Source: a bacterium (GTDB lineage: Bacteria > UBA8248). From it: DNA of 64,000 nucleotides. A model generated the notes under the pieces. The model saw only the letters and a program-made list of their open reading frames with translations. It had not been told where the DNA came from and did no database searches. The stretch lies in NCBI GenBank assembly GCA_965199855.1, contig OZ241326.1, forward strand, positions 288,001 through 352,000, in the 5' to 3' direction. The position numbers were made by a program, and so were the translations under genes. The stretch's first letter is position 1; every line of letters begins with the position of its first letter. Shown one piece after another: positions 26,329 through 35,547 of this stretch.

Positions 26329-28023
26329 GTGAAAACCGCATGGACGCTCATCGCCGCCCTTCTCCTCGCGCCCGCGCAGGCGGCGGAGGCGGGGCGGGGG
26401 ACGGACGGACGCCTCCGCATCATCTACTGGCAGGCGCCCTCCACCATGAATCCGTATCTGTCGGGCGGCACGAAGGAGACCGAGGCCGCCTCGCTCGTGC
26501 TGGAGCCCCTCGCGCGCTACGACCAGAACGGCGACATGCGCCCCTGGCTCGCCGAGCGCGTCCCCACGCTCGGGAACGGCGGCGTCTCGGCGGACCTGCG
26601 GAGCGTCACCTGGAAGCTCAGGCGCGGCCTCGAATGGAGCGACGGGACGCCCGTCACCGCGCGCGACGCCGCCTTCACCTGGCGATACTGCACCCACCCC
26701 GAGGGCGGCTGCGCCCAGCGCGAGAAATACAACGACGTGAAAAGCGTGGAGGCGCTCGACGCGCGGACGATCCGCGTCACCTTCGCGGCGCCCAAGCCCT
26801 TCCCCTACGGGCCGTTCGTGGGCGCGCAGGCGCCCATCCTCCAGGCGGCGCAGTTCGCCGGCTGCCTCGGGGCGAAGGCGCCCGGCTGCACCGAGGCGAA
26901 TTTCCGGCCGGTGGGCACGGGGCCGTTCAAGGTCTCCGAATTCCGCCCGAACGACGCCGTCTCCCTCGTCGCCAACCCCCGCTACCGCGACCCGGAGAAG
27001 CCCGCCTTCGCCTCGATAGCCTTCAAGGGCGGGGGCGACGCGGCCGCCGCCGCGCGCGCGGTGCTCGAAACCGGCGAGTTCGACTACGCCTGGAACCTCC
27101 AGCTCGCCCCGGAAGTGCTGGCGAGCATGGCGAAGGCGGGGAAGGGGCGGGTGGTCTCCGCGTTCGGCACGCTGGTCGAGCGCATCGTCCTGAACCTCAC
27201 GAACCCCGACCCGGCGCTCGGCGCGGAGCGCTCGACGGCGAAGCGCCCGCACCCCGCGCTCTCGGACGCGCGCGTCCGCAAGGCGCTCTCCATGGCGATC
27301 GACCGCAGGCTGCTCGTCCGGATCGGCTACGGCGCCGCCGGGCGGCCCGCGTGCAACGTGCTCCCCGCGCCGGCGATCTACCGCTCCGCCGCCAACGACG
27401 CCTGCCTCGAGCAGGACGTTCCCGGGGCGAACCGGCTGCTGGAGGAGGCGGGCTGGCGGCGCGGCGCGGACGGGGTGCGCGCGAAGGACGGCGCGCGGCT
27501 CTCGCTTCTGTTCCAGACCTCCACGAACGCCGTGCGCCAGGACTTCCAGGCGCTCATCAAGCAGTGGTGGGCGAAGATCGGGGTGGAGACGGAGCTGCGC
27601 AACGTCAGCGCCTCGGTCTTCTTCGGCGGCGACCCGGCGAGCGGAGACACCTACCAGAAATTCCACGCCGACGCGCAGATGTACGCCAACAACTTCGACG
27701 GAACCGACCCGGAGGCCTACATGGCGAACTGGGCGTGCCGGGAGGCGCCGCGCCCCGCCACCCAGTGGCAGGGCAACAACGTGCCTCGCTACTGCGACCC
27801 CGCCTACGACGCGCTCATCGCCAGGATGGCGAAGGCGGGGGCGCTCGCCGAGCGGGCGCGCCTCGCCAGGGCCATGAACGACATGCTCATGCGCTCCTAC
27901 GCCGTCATCCCGCTCGTTCACCGGGGCCAGGTCTCGGCGCACTCCAAAACCCTCGCCGGCGTGATTCTCAACGCCTGGGATTCGCAGCTTTGGAACGCCG
28001 CCGACTGGCGCCGCGCGAAATAG
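26329..28023 (+). CDS. Peptide/nickel ABC transporter substrate-binding protein (family 5)
   Basis: Signal peptide, LRRGLEWSDGTPVTARD, PVGTGPFK, RVRKALSMAIDR. Confidence 0.95.
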   Translation: MKTAWTLIAALLLAPAQAAEAGRGTDGRLRIIYWQAPSTMNPYLSGGTKETEAASLVLEPLARYDQNGDMRPWLAERVPTLGNGGVSADLRSVTWKLRRGLEWSDGTPVTARDAAFTWRYCTHPEGGCAQREKYNDVKSVEALDARTIRVTFAAPKPFPYGPFVGAQAPILQAAQFAGCLGAKAPGCTEANFRPVGTGPFKVSEFRPNDAVSLVANPRYRDPEKPAFASIAFKGGGDAAAAARAVLETGEFDYAWNLQLAPEVLASMAKAGKGRVVSAFGTLVERIVLNLTNPDPALGAERSTAKRPHPALSDARVRKALSMAIDRRLLVRIGYGAAGRPACNVLPAPAIYRSAANDACLEQDVPGANRLLEEAGWRRGADGVRAKDGARLSLLFQTSTNAVRQDFQALIKQWWAKIGVETELRNVSASVFFGGDPASGDTYQKFHADAQMYANNFDGTDPEAYMANWACREAPRPATQWQGNNVPRYCDPAYDALIARMAKAGALAERARLARAMNDMLMRSYAVIPLVHRGQVSAHSKTLAGVILNAWDSQLWNAADWRRAK

Positions 28024-28067
28024 CCGCGCCCGCCGCCTGAGGCCCGCGGGCGAGGGGGTCCGGCGGC

Positions 28068-29075
28068 ATGACGACCTACGCGCTCAGGCGGCTGCTCCTC
28101 GCCGTCCCCACCCTGCTCTTCATCAGCCTGGTCGTCTTCCTCCTGCTCGACCTCGCCCCGAGCGACCCGACGGCGAGCCTCCCGCTCACCATTCCGCCCG
28201 AAGTCCGCGAGAGAATCCGCGAGTCGCTGGGGCTGGGCGAGCCCTTCCACGTCCGCTATCTCCTGTGGTGCAAGCAGTTTCTCGTCAACGAGCCGCTCAA
28301 CCTGATCGACGCCCTCCTGGGCCGCGCGGACGGAGCGGAGCGGCTGCGCGTCCTGAGCTGGCAGACGCGCTCGCCGGTGGCGGACCTCATCGTCGAGCGC
28401 CTCCCGCAGACCTTGTGGGTGGTGGGCCTCTCCTACCTCATCGGCGCGCTCATCGCCCTGCCCGTCGGCGTCTTCTCCGCCTACCGGCAATACGGCTGGT
28501 TCGACCTGGCGGGAACCTTCGTCTCCACCGTGGGGTTCTCGGTTCCCACCTTCTTCACCGGCGTGGCGATGATCGTGGTCTTCTCCTCCTGGCTCGGCTG
28601 GCTGCCCTCCATCTACGACACCACCCACCGGGTGACGGACTGGGCGAGCCTCCTCCGGCAGGCGCGGCAGATGGCGATGCCCGTCTTCGTGCTCGCCCTC
28701 TACAACGCCGCGCAAATCAGCCGCTTCACGCGCGCCTCGACGCTCGAGAACCTGGGGCGCGACTACGCGCGCGCCGCCCGCGGCAAGGGTCTGCGCGAGC
28801 GGCGGATACTCTTCGTCCACGTTCTGCGCAACGCGATGATTCCGGTCGTCACCGTCATCGCCCTGGGCGCGCCCCAGGTGTTCGGCGGGGCGATCATCAC
28901 CGAGCAGATCTTCAAGGTGAACGGACTGGGGCAGCTTCTCATCGTCGCGATTCAGGGGGGAGACCTGCCGACCGCGCAGACGCTGGTGTTCCTCTTCGCC
29001 GTCCTCATCGTGGCGTTCAACCTGGCGGCCGACCTCCTCTACGGGGCGCTCGACCCCTCCATCCGCCATGACTAG
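28068..29075 (+). CDS. Peptide ABC transporter permease (OppB/DppB-like)
   Basis: RRLLLAVPTL, ERLPQTL, DYARAARGKGL, HVLRNAMIP. Confidence 0.95.
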   Translation: MTTYALRRLLLAVPTLLFISLVVFLLLDLAPSDPTASLPLTIPPEVRERIRESLGLGEPFHVRYLLWCKQFLVNEPLNLIDALLGRADGAERLRVLSWQTRSPVADLIVERLPQTLWVVGLSYLIGALIALPVGVFSAYRQYGWFDLAGTFVSTVGFSVPTFFTGVAMIVVFSSWLGWLPSIYDTTHRVTDWASLLRQARQMAMPVFVLALYNAAQISRFTRASTLENLGRDYARAARGKGLRERRILFVHVLRNAMIPVVTVIALGAPQVFGGAIITEQIFKVNGLGQLLIVAIQGGDLPTAQTLVFLFAVLIVAFNLAADLLYGALDPSIRHD

Positions 29076-29943
29076 GGCGCGGCGCGGGACGTGGGCGCGC
29101 TTCCGCGCCCATCGGGGGGCGATGGCGGGAGCGGGCTTCCTGCTCTTCGCCGCCCTCGCCGCCGCGCTGGGGCCCTGGGTCTGGCCCGCGGACCCGCAGC
29201 TCATCGACATCGCCGCGAGAAACCAGGGGCCGAGCCTCGCCCATCCGCTCGGCGCCGACCGCCTGGGGCGCGACACCCTCGCGCGGATGCTCGCGGGCGG
29301 GCGGGTGTCGCTGGCGGTGGCGGCCGCCGCCATGGCCCTCTCCCTCACGGTGGGGACGGCGGTCGGCCTGGCGGCCGGCTGCTTCAGGCGGCTGGACGGG
29401 CCGCTCATGCGGCTGACCGACCTCTTTCTCGCCCTGCCGCTGCTGCCCCTCCTGCTCGTGACCATCGCGCTGTTCCGGGACGCGCTGCGCGCCGCCTTCG
29501 GGCCGGAGGCGGGCGTCTTCATCCTCATCGCCTCCGTCATCGGCCTCACCTCCTGGATGCAGCCCGCCCGCGTCGTGCGCGGCGACGCGCTGGCGCTCAG
29601 AGGGCGCGAGTTCGTGGTCGCCGCGGGCGCGCTCGGCGCCTCCCCGCGCCGCCTCGTCCTGCGGCACATCCTGCCGGGCGTCCTCTCCTCCGTCATGATC
29701 TCGGCGGCGCTGGGCGTCGCCAACGCCATCCTCACGGAATCCGCCCTCTCCTTCCTGGGTCTCGGCTTTCCGCCGGACTTCCCGACCTGGGGAAGGCTGC
29801 TCTTCGACTCCATCGACTACCTGCGCCAATACCCCGGGCGCGTCCTGTGGCCCGGCCTGGCGATTTCGCTCACCGTCCTGAGCGTCAACTACGTGGGCGA
29901 CGGCCTGCGAGACGCCCTCGACCCGCGCTCGACGAAGGGCTGA
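29068..29943 (+). CDS. Peptide ABC transporter permease (OppC/DppC-like)
   Basis: HPLGADRLGRD, EFVVAAGALGA, ESALSFLGLG, GDGLRDALDPR. Confidence 0.95.
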   Translation: MTRARRGTWARFRAHRGAMAGAGFLLFAALAAALGPWVWPADPQLIDIAARNQGPSLAHPLGADRLGRDTLARMLAGGRVSLAVAAAAMALSLTVGTAVGLAAGCFRRLDGPLMRLTDLFLALPLLPLLLVTIALFRDALRAAFGPEAGVFILIASVIGLTSWMQPARVVRGDALALRGREFVVAAGALGASPRRLVLRHILPGVLSSVMISAALGVANAILTESALSFLGLGFPPDFPTWGRLLFDSIDYLRQYPGRVLWPGLAISLTVLSVNYVGDGLRDALDPRSTKG

Positions 29944-30072
29944 GCCTCCGCGCCCGAGGCGCTCCCCGGATCGCGCGCCTTCTTGCGTCGGGGGGCGGCC
30001 TCTGGCAGGATGGTCGTCAAGCGAGGCGGACGGCGGGGGCTCTCCCCGGCGCCCCGCGCGAGGAGCGGCGGC

Positions 30073-30531
30073 ATGGCCGAAAGCGAAAGACCGGGGGCGA
30101 CCTTCATCTGCCCCGCGTGCGGGAAGAACGAACTTCCCCTCGACGGCTCCCTGGAGCCGAACGAGGCGCTCTACGTACAGCTGGCGGAGCTGGACGCCTG
30201 CGAGGAGGGGAAAACGGCGCGCTTCGTGTTCGGCGACGGGTTCACGGCGGGCTTCGGCGGCGTGGTGCGCGACCTCGACGAGGAGGGGAACGAGCGGGAG
30301 CGGTGGATTCCGCCGAGGGCGGTGGTGGCGTATCACTTCGCGCGAAACGACGCGCGCGTCGGCCGCGCGGAGCCGATGAGCGGCTTCTACCCCCAGCCGC
30401 TCTACCGCAACCTCTCGAAGGGCGGCGGGACGGAGGACGTCTACGTCGCCATGGCGTTTCTGCCCCACAACGAGGCGATGACCCCCGGGATGCGGAGCCG
30501 GGGGGAGGCGCTCGCCAAGTCCCTGGGCTAG
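30073..30531 (+). CDS. Hypothetical protein with an N-terminal CPAC motif
   Basis: AGGAG RBS before ATG, host-like codon usage, no family recognised. Confidence 0.7.
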   Translation: MAESERPGATFICPACGKNELPLDGSLEPNEALYVQLAELDACEEGKTARFVFGDGFTAGFGGVVRDLDEEGNERERWIPPRAVVAYHFARNDARVGRAEPMSGFYPQPLYRNLSKGGGTEDVYVAMAFLPHNEAMTPGMRSRGEALAKSLG

Positions 30532-30550
30532 CCAGGGCGGCTCCCCGGCG

Positions 30551-30802
30551 CTACCCCGCGCGAAGAAGGCGGTTGTATATCCACCCCAGAAGCGCGAAGA
30601 AGCAGAAGCCTACGGCGAACCCCCAGAGGGCGCCGATGACCGCCCCCGGCAGGGTGGGGCCTATGCCCGGGTAGAAGCCGCCGATCATCCGCAGCGTCTC
30701 CCCGCCCACGCCGAAGAGCGCGCCCGCGAGGGCGTAGAGGAAAAACATGACGCCGTAGATGATCCCGGCGGCCAGCCCGAACTTCACGGCGTCGAGCCTC
30801 AA
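30551..30802 (-). CDS. Small two-TM membrane protein of a family often annotated as bacteriophage holin
   Basis: TTG start after GGAGG; LRLDAVKFGLAAGII...FYPG..PT..GA.IG..WGF..G....L.GWIYNRL. Confidence 0.7.
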   Translation of the reverse strand: MRLDAVKFGLAAGIIYGVMFFLYALAGALFGVGGETLRMIGGFYPGIGPTLPGAVIGALWGFAVGFCFFALLGWIYNRLLRAG

Positions 30803-30948
30803 GGCGAAACCTCCCCGGCGGCGTGGAGAACCATCCTGACGCGCGCCGCCCAGTATAGGCCCGCGGGCGCGCTTCGGCAAGACGGGCCGCCGGCGGACTT
30901 CGCGACGGACGGGCGCCTTCGCCCGTCCCCACAGGGGAGACGAACCCG

Positions 30949-31326
30949 ATGACCGAAGAATCACGCTACGAGAAGGGGCTGAAGAACCGCGCCAAGGTGT
31001 TCGGCGCGGAAGGCGAGGAGAGGCGCCGCGCCTTCGAGGCCGCCAGCCCCGCCTTCGCCCGCTTCGTCACGGAAAGCGTCTATGGCGAGCTCTACGAGCG
31101 CGGGGGCATGGACGACAGGACGCGGGAGACCGTCATCCTCTCCGTCCTGTGCGCCCTGGGGCGGGACAGGGAGTTCGAGCACCACGCCAAGGCGGCGCTG
31201 AACGTGGGCATGAGCAAGGAGGACATTCAGGAGATCATCATGGTGTGCGCCCTCTACGCGGGCGCGCCCAACGCCGTGGGCGCGACGGAGGCGTCGCTCC
31301 GCGTGTTCCGGGAGCTGGGCGTCTAG
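30949..31326 (+). CDS. Carboxymuconolactone decarboxylase/AhpD-like protein
   Basis: YGELYERGGMDDRTRE, HAKAALNVG, YAGAP. Confidence 0.9.
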   Translation: MTEESRYEKGLKNRAKVFGAEGEERRRAFEAASPAFARFVTESVYGELYERGGMDDRTRETVILSVLCALGRDREFEHHAKAALNVGMSKEDIQEIIMVCALYAGAPNAVGATEASLRVFRELGV

Positions 31327-31330
31327 GCCG

Positions 31331-32368
31331 TCATTCGTCGGGGCCCAGCGCGGCGCGGATTTCCGCGGCCAGGGCGTCGGCGATGCGCCGCGCCGCCTCC
31401 TTGAGCGGCGCCCGCACCCGCGCGCCGGCGGCGAAGGCGTGGCCGCCGCCGCCGAAGGCGCGCGCCACGCCGTGAACCTCCACGCGGCCCTTCGAGCGAA
31501 GGCTCGCGCGGATTCGCCCGCTCTCGAGCTCCGAGAAGAAGGCGACGACCTCGACGGAGGCGATCGAGCGGGGAACCGAGATGTATTCCTCCGTCTCGCC
31601 GCGCGAGACTCCGTAGCGCTCCATCTCCTTCGCCGAGAGGGCGAACCAGGCGAGGCGCCCCCCGCAGTCGAGCGTCATCCGGCTCATCAGCGCGCCCAGC
31701 AGCCTGACCGATCCCGCCCCGTTCGACTCCCAGAAGATCGAGTAGGCCTCCCCCGGGCGCGCGCCGAGCTCCACGAAGCGCGCCGCCCAGCCGAGGGTGC
31801 GCTTCGTGGTGTTCGTGAAGCGGAACTGGCCCGTGTCATAGACGATGGCCGCCATCAGCGCGCGGGTGATGAGCGGGTCGTCGAAGGCGAAGCCCTCCTC
31901 GTCGAGATAGTCGGCGATCATCTCCCCGACCGCGGCGGCGCCGGGGTCGATGACGGAGGGGCAGTCGAGGTTGTCCTCCTCCTCGATGTGGTGATCGAGG
32001 ACGGCGAGGGGAAGGCCGCTCGCCGCGACGGGCGCCTCGAGCCTGCCCAGGCGGCTGGCCTTCCCCGCGTCGATGAGAAGGCAGGCGTCGAAGCGCGACG
32101 CCCAGCCCTCCTCCGCCAGAAGCGCGCCGCCCTCCCGGACGAGGCCCTCGGGGTCGAAGGGGGCGGCGAAGGCGGGCGCCTTGTCCTCGGCGACGACCGT
32201 GGCCCGCCTGCCGAGGATCCGGAGGTAGCGGGCGAGGGCGATGGCCGAGAGGAGGCCGTCGCCGTCCGGTCCCGCGTGGGTGAGGAGCAGGAGGCGATCG
32301 TGGCGCGAGAGGAAGTCTCTCAGGGGCTGAAAGCGGCCGGGCTCCCCGTCCCTCCCGTCCGCGCTCAC
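31331..32368 (-). CDS. nrnA: DHH/DHHA1 phosphoesterase (NrnA-like oligoribonuclease/pAp phosphatase)
   Basis: THAGPDGDG, LDHH, DTGQF, SLRSK, GGGGHAFAAG; GTG start overlaps the pncB stop. Confidence 0.9.
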   Translation of the reverse strand: MSADGRDGEPGRFQPLRDFLSRHDRLLLLTHAGPDGDGLLSAIALARYLRILGRRATVVAEDKAPAFAAPFDPEGLVREGGALLAEEGWASRFDACLLIDAGKASRLGRLEAPVAASGLPLAVLDHHIEEEDNLDCPSVIDPGAAAVGEMIADYLDEEGFAFDDPLITRALMAAIVYDTGQFRFTNTTKRTLGWAARFVELGARPGEAYSIFWESNGAGSVRLLGALMSRMTLDCGGRLAWFALSAKEMERYGVSRGETEEYISVPRSIASVEVVAFFSELESGRIRASLRSKGRVEVHGVARAFGGGGHAFAAGARVRAPLKEAARRIADALAAEIRAALGPDE

Positions 32369-33537
32369 GGGGCCGCGTCCAGGCTCACGCGGTGGAGCTG
32401 GCGCAGGACGTAGGCCCTGATCTCCTTCGCGGAGGGCGCGGGCGCCGCGCGCTCGCCCTCCGTCATCACGGGCGCGAGCAGCTGCTCCATCACCCCGCCG
32501 CAGGAGTCGCAGTCGCCGTAGGGCCTCTCCATCGGGATGACGCGCTCGGCGCCGCAGTCGCGGCAGCGCAGCAGATGCTTCGCGCCCGAGCGCTTGCCGC
32601 GCTTGGCCGCGGCCGCGCCCTCTATCTCCACGATGTCCATCGAGAAATCTATCGTCGCCGCCGCGCTTATCGAGGTGCCCACCCCGTAGCCGCCGTCCAC
32701 GACCGGGTTGAGCTCCAGAATCTTCTCCTCGTCCAGCCCCCCGCTCACGAAGAGCTTCACGCGCGGGAAGCCCGCCCTGTCCAGCTCCCAGCGCACCTCC
32801 TCGAGAATCTGGCGCAGGTTCCCCCGGCGCGAGGCCGGCGTGTCGATCCGCACGGCCGAGAGGCGGTCGGCGAGGGCGCGCGCCGCCGCCAGCGCCTCGA
32901 ACTTCTCGTCCCCGAAGGTGTCCGCCAGCGCGACGCGCTCCACCTCGGGCTCGATGGTCTCGTCGAAGGCGCGCAGCGCCGGCGCCAGGCCCTCCATGAG
33001 CAGAACCAGCGCGTGGGGCATCGTGCCCGCCGCCGGAATCTCCAGGAGCTCGGCCCCCAGAGCCATGGCGACGCCGTCGCAGCCGCCGAGGAAGGCGGCG
33101 CGCTCGACCATCGGCGCGACGGCCGGGTGCATCCGCCGCGCGCCGAAGCTCGCGAGCCGACGGCCCCCGGCCGCGATGCGGCAGCGCGCCGCCTTGGTGG
33201 CGATGCCGCTCGCCTGGCACATCAGCCCGAGGACGGGGGTCTCCAGCCGGCAGAAGTCGTTGTAGAGGCCCTCGATCTCGAGGACGGGGTGGGAGGGCCG
33301 GAAGACGGCGCCCTCCGGCGCGGCGCGGACGCTCAGGGGCAGACCCTCGAGCAGGGAGAGAATCTCCTCCAGGCCCGCGAACACCCCCCAGCCGCCGGGA
33401 AGCGACTTGGCCGCGAACTCCGCGCGCGCGCGCTTTCTGACGCCCTTGGCCTCGAGAATCCTGCGCGTCCGCTCGAAATAGACGTCCGTCACCCGGCCCG
33501 AGCGGATGTCGTCGAAATCCGCGGTGAAAAAACTCAA
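32365..33537 (-). CDS. pncB: Nicotinate phosphoribosyltransferase (short type with C-terminal Zn ribbon)
   Basis: TDVYF, SFGARRMHP, GTMPHAL, VRIDT, SGGLDE, YGVGT; CRDC..CDSC. Confidence 0.92.
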   Translation of the reverse strand: MSFFTADFDDIRSGRVTDVYFERTRRILEAKGVRKRARAEFAAKSLPGGWGVFAGLEEILSLLEGLPLSVRAAPEGAVFRPSHPVLEIEGLYNDFCRLETPVLGLMCQASGIATKAARCRIAAGGRRLASFGARRMHPAVAPMVERAAFLGGCDGVAMALGAELLEIPAAGTMPHALVLLMEGLAPALRAFDETIEPEVERVALADTFGDEKFEALAAARALADRLSAVRIDTPASRRGNLRQILEEVRWELDRAGFPRVKLFVSGGLDEEKILELNPVVDGGYGVGTSISAAATIDFSMDIVEIEGAAAAKRGKRSGAKHLLRCRDCGAERVIPMERPYGDCDSCGGVMEQLLAPVMTEGERAAPAPSAKEIRAYVLRQLHRVSLDAAP

Positions 33538-33559
33538 GGGAGCTCCGCCAGGAAAGCCG

Positions 33560-34108
33560 CTATTCGGCGGGCGCCGCCTCTGCGGGGGCTTCGGGGCGCA
33601 TGTCCGCCTCCTGGTTTCTGAGGCCGAACAGCTTGCCCCAGGGGCGGGGGCCCGCGTAGTTCACCTCCTTCTCCCAGACGTCGTAGAGGCGCTCCTTGCC
33701 GAAGACGAGATCGTCGCGGAAATACCCGGGCGTCTCGTATTGGTGGGTGTGGACGATGGATTTGGGCGTCGTGGGACACGCCTCGGTGCAGAGGCCGCAA
33801 TACATGCAGCGCATGTAGTCGATGTAGAACTCGCGGGCGTACATCTCGCGGCCCTTGCCCGCCGTGACGATGGTGATGCAGTCCACCGGGCACGCCTTCT
33901 CGCAGTTCAGGCAGCCGATGCAGAGCTCCTCGCCCGTCTTGAAGTCGCGCGTGAGGCCCAGAAACCCCCGGAAGCGCTCGGGCGGCTCCCAGCGCTCCGT
34001 GGGATACTGGAGCGTGACGGGCTTCTTGAACATGTGCCGCAACGTGGCGGCCATGCCCTTCGCGATGTCCCAGAGAAAGAATTTTTTGAGCCCTCTGGCG
34101 AACTCCAT
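33560..34108 (-). CDS. nuoI: NADH-quinone oxidoreductase subunit I (2x[4Fe-4S])
   Basis: VTLQYP, RFRG, CIGCLNCEKACP, CMYCGLCTEACP. Confidence 0.9.
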   Translation of the reverse strand: MEFARGLKKFFLWDIAKGMAATLRHMFKKPVTLQYPTERWEPPERFRGFLGLTRDFKTGEELCIGCLNCEKACPVDCITIVTAGKGREMYAREFYIDYMRCMYCGLCTEACPTTPKSIVHTHQYETPGYFRDDLVFGKERLYDVWEKEVNYAGPRPWGKLFGLRNQEADMRPEAPAEAAPAE

Positions 34109-34133
34109 TCCTCTCTCTCCCCGTCCTGAAGCC

Positions 34134-35090
34134 TTAGGAGGCCGCCGCGGCGGCCTTCCTCGCCTCCGCCTGCGCCTCGAGATACTTCTCGGCCGCCACC
34201 GCCGCCGTCGTCGCGTCGCCCGAGGCGTTCGTGATCTGGCGAATCAGCTGGCTGCGGCAGTCGCCCGCCACGAAGAGGCCCGGAACGCTCGACTCCATGT
34301 TCTGATCCGTCAAGATGAAGCCGGCCTCGTCCTTCTCGACGGGGTCTTTTATCAAATCCGTGTTGGGAATGAAACCGATGAACACGAACAGGCCGGTGGC
34401 GTCGATCTCCTTCGCCTCGCCGGTCTTCACGTTCCTGACGCGCAGCTTCTTCATCTCCTTCTCGTCGCCGACCACCTCCTCGGCCACGTGATCCGTGATG
34501 ATGTCCATCTTGGGGTTCCCGCGCGCCTTGTCCACCAGCACCGCGTGGGCGCGGAACCGATCCCGGCGGTGGACGAGATAGACCTTCGAGCCGTATTTCG
34601 TGAGGAACTGCCCCTCCTCGACGGCGCTGTTGCCGCCGCCCACGACGGTGATCACCTCGTCCTGGAAGAAGGCGCCGTCGCACAGGGCGCAGTAGCTCAC
34701 GCCCTTGCCCGCGTATCTCTCCTCGCCCGGAATCCCGAGCTTGCGCGGATGGCCGCCGGGCGTGTAGATGACGGCGCCGCAGCGGCGCTCGCCCACGTCG
34801 GTGACGACGATGAAGTCGTCCCCGTCCTTGCGCACCTCCGAGACGTCCTCCATCTCGATCTTCAGGCCGAACTTCAGCGCGTGGTCGGTGAACTTCGCCG
34901 CCAGCTCCTGGCCGCCGATGAGCTCGAAGCCCGGGTAGTCCTCCACGTGCTCGGTGTTGAGAATCTCGCCGCCGGGGGCGAGCTTCTCGTAGCAGACCAC
35001 GTTCATCTTCGAGCGCGAGGCGTAGAGCCCCGCCGTCAGCCCGGCGGGCCCCGCCCCGATGATGATGATGTCGAAATCGCGCGTCGCCAA
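34134..35090 (-). CDS. trxB: Thioredoxin reductase
   Basis: GAGPAGLTA, GVSYCALCDG, VGGGNSAVEE, HRRD, GLFVAGD. Confidence 0.96.
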   Translation of the reverse strand: MATRDFDIIIIGAGPAGLTAGLYASRSKMNVVCYEKLAPGGEILNTEHVEDYPGFELIGGQELAAKFTDHALKFGLKIEMEDVSEVRKDGDDFIVVTDVGERRCGAVIYTPGGHPRKLGIPGEERYAGKGVSYCALCDGAFFQDEVITVVGGGNSAVEEGQFLTKYGSKVYLVHRRDRFRAHAVLVDKARGNPKMDIITDHVAEEVVGDEKEMKKLRVRNVKTGEAKEIDATGLFVFIGFIPNTDLIKDPVEKDEAGFILTDQNMESSVPGLFVAGDCRSQLIRQITNASGDATTAAVAAEKYLEAQAEARKAAAAAS

Positions 35091-35210
35091 AGCGAATCTC
35101 CAGACCTGAAGGAACGAACAGAGGCGAACCCCGCCGCCGAACCCGCGCGCAACGGGCGGATTCTAGCATCCGCGCCGCGCCGCGCCAACCCCGCGAGGGG
35201 GATCCCCCGC

Positions 35211-35456
35211 TCAGCCGGCGGCGCCCAGCAGGGCCTCGAGCCGCGCCGGGTCGAAGCCGACGACCTTCTCCCCGCCCACGAAGACGACCGGGGCGGCGCG
35301 CATGTTCGCCCTCCGGAAGAGCTCCTCGAGTGCCTCCTGGTCCTCATCCACCAGCTTCTCCTCGTAGGGAACGCCGCGCCGGGAGAGAAACTCTCTCACC
35401 GCCTTGCAGGGCGCTCAGGCCGAGGATGCGTAGAGCGTCACTTTCAAATCCGGCAT
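35211..35456 (-). CDS. Selenocysteine-containing glutaredoxin/NrdH-like redoxin (UxxC)
   Basis: ATG 35456 gives MPDLKVTLYASSA-TGA-APCKAVREFLSRRGVPYEEK...APVVFVGGEKVVGFD; TGA at 35415-35417 replaces the first Cys; SECIS-like hairpin follows. Confidence 0.85.
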
Positions 35457-35547
35457 CGTCCCCTCCCGGAAAAACCCATGGCGGCGCGCCCTCGACGCCA
35501 CATTCCCGCGTTCGCTCCACCGCTCCCGGGGCGCGGGGGAGCCTCCG

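Noticed and set aside
30551-30802. Prophage suggested by the holin-like gene
   Set aside because: No integrase, structural or lysis genes anywhere in the window.
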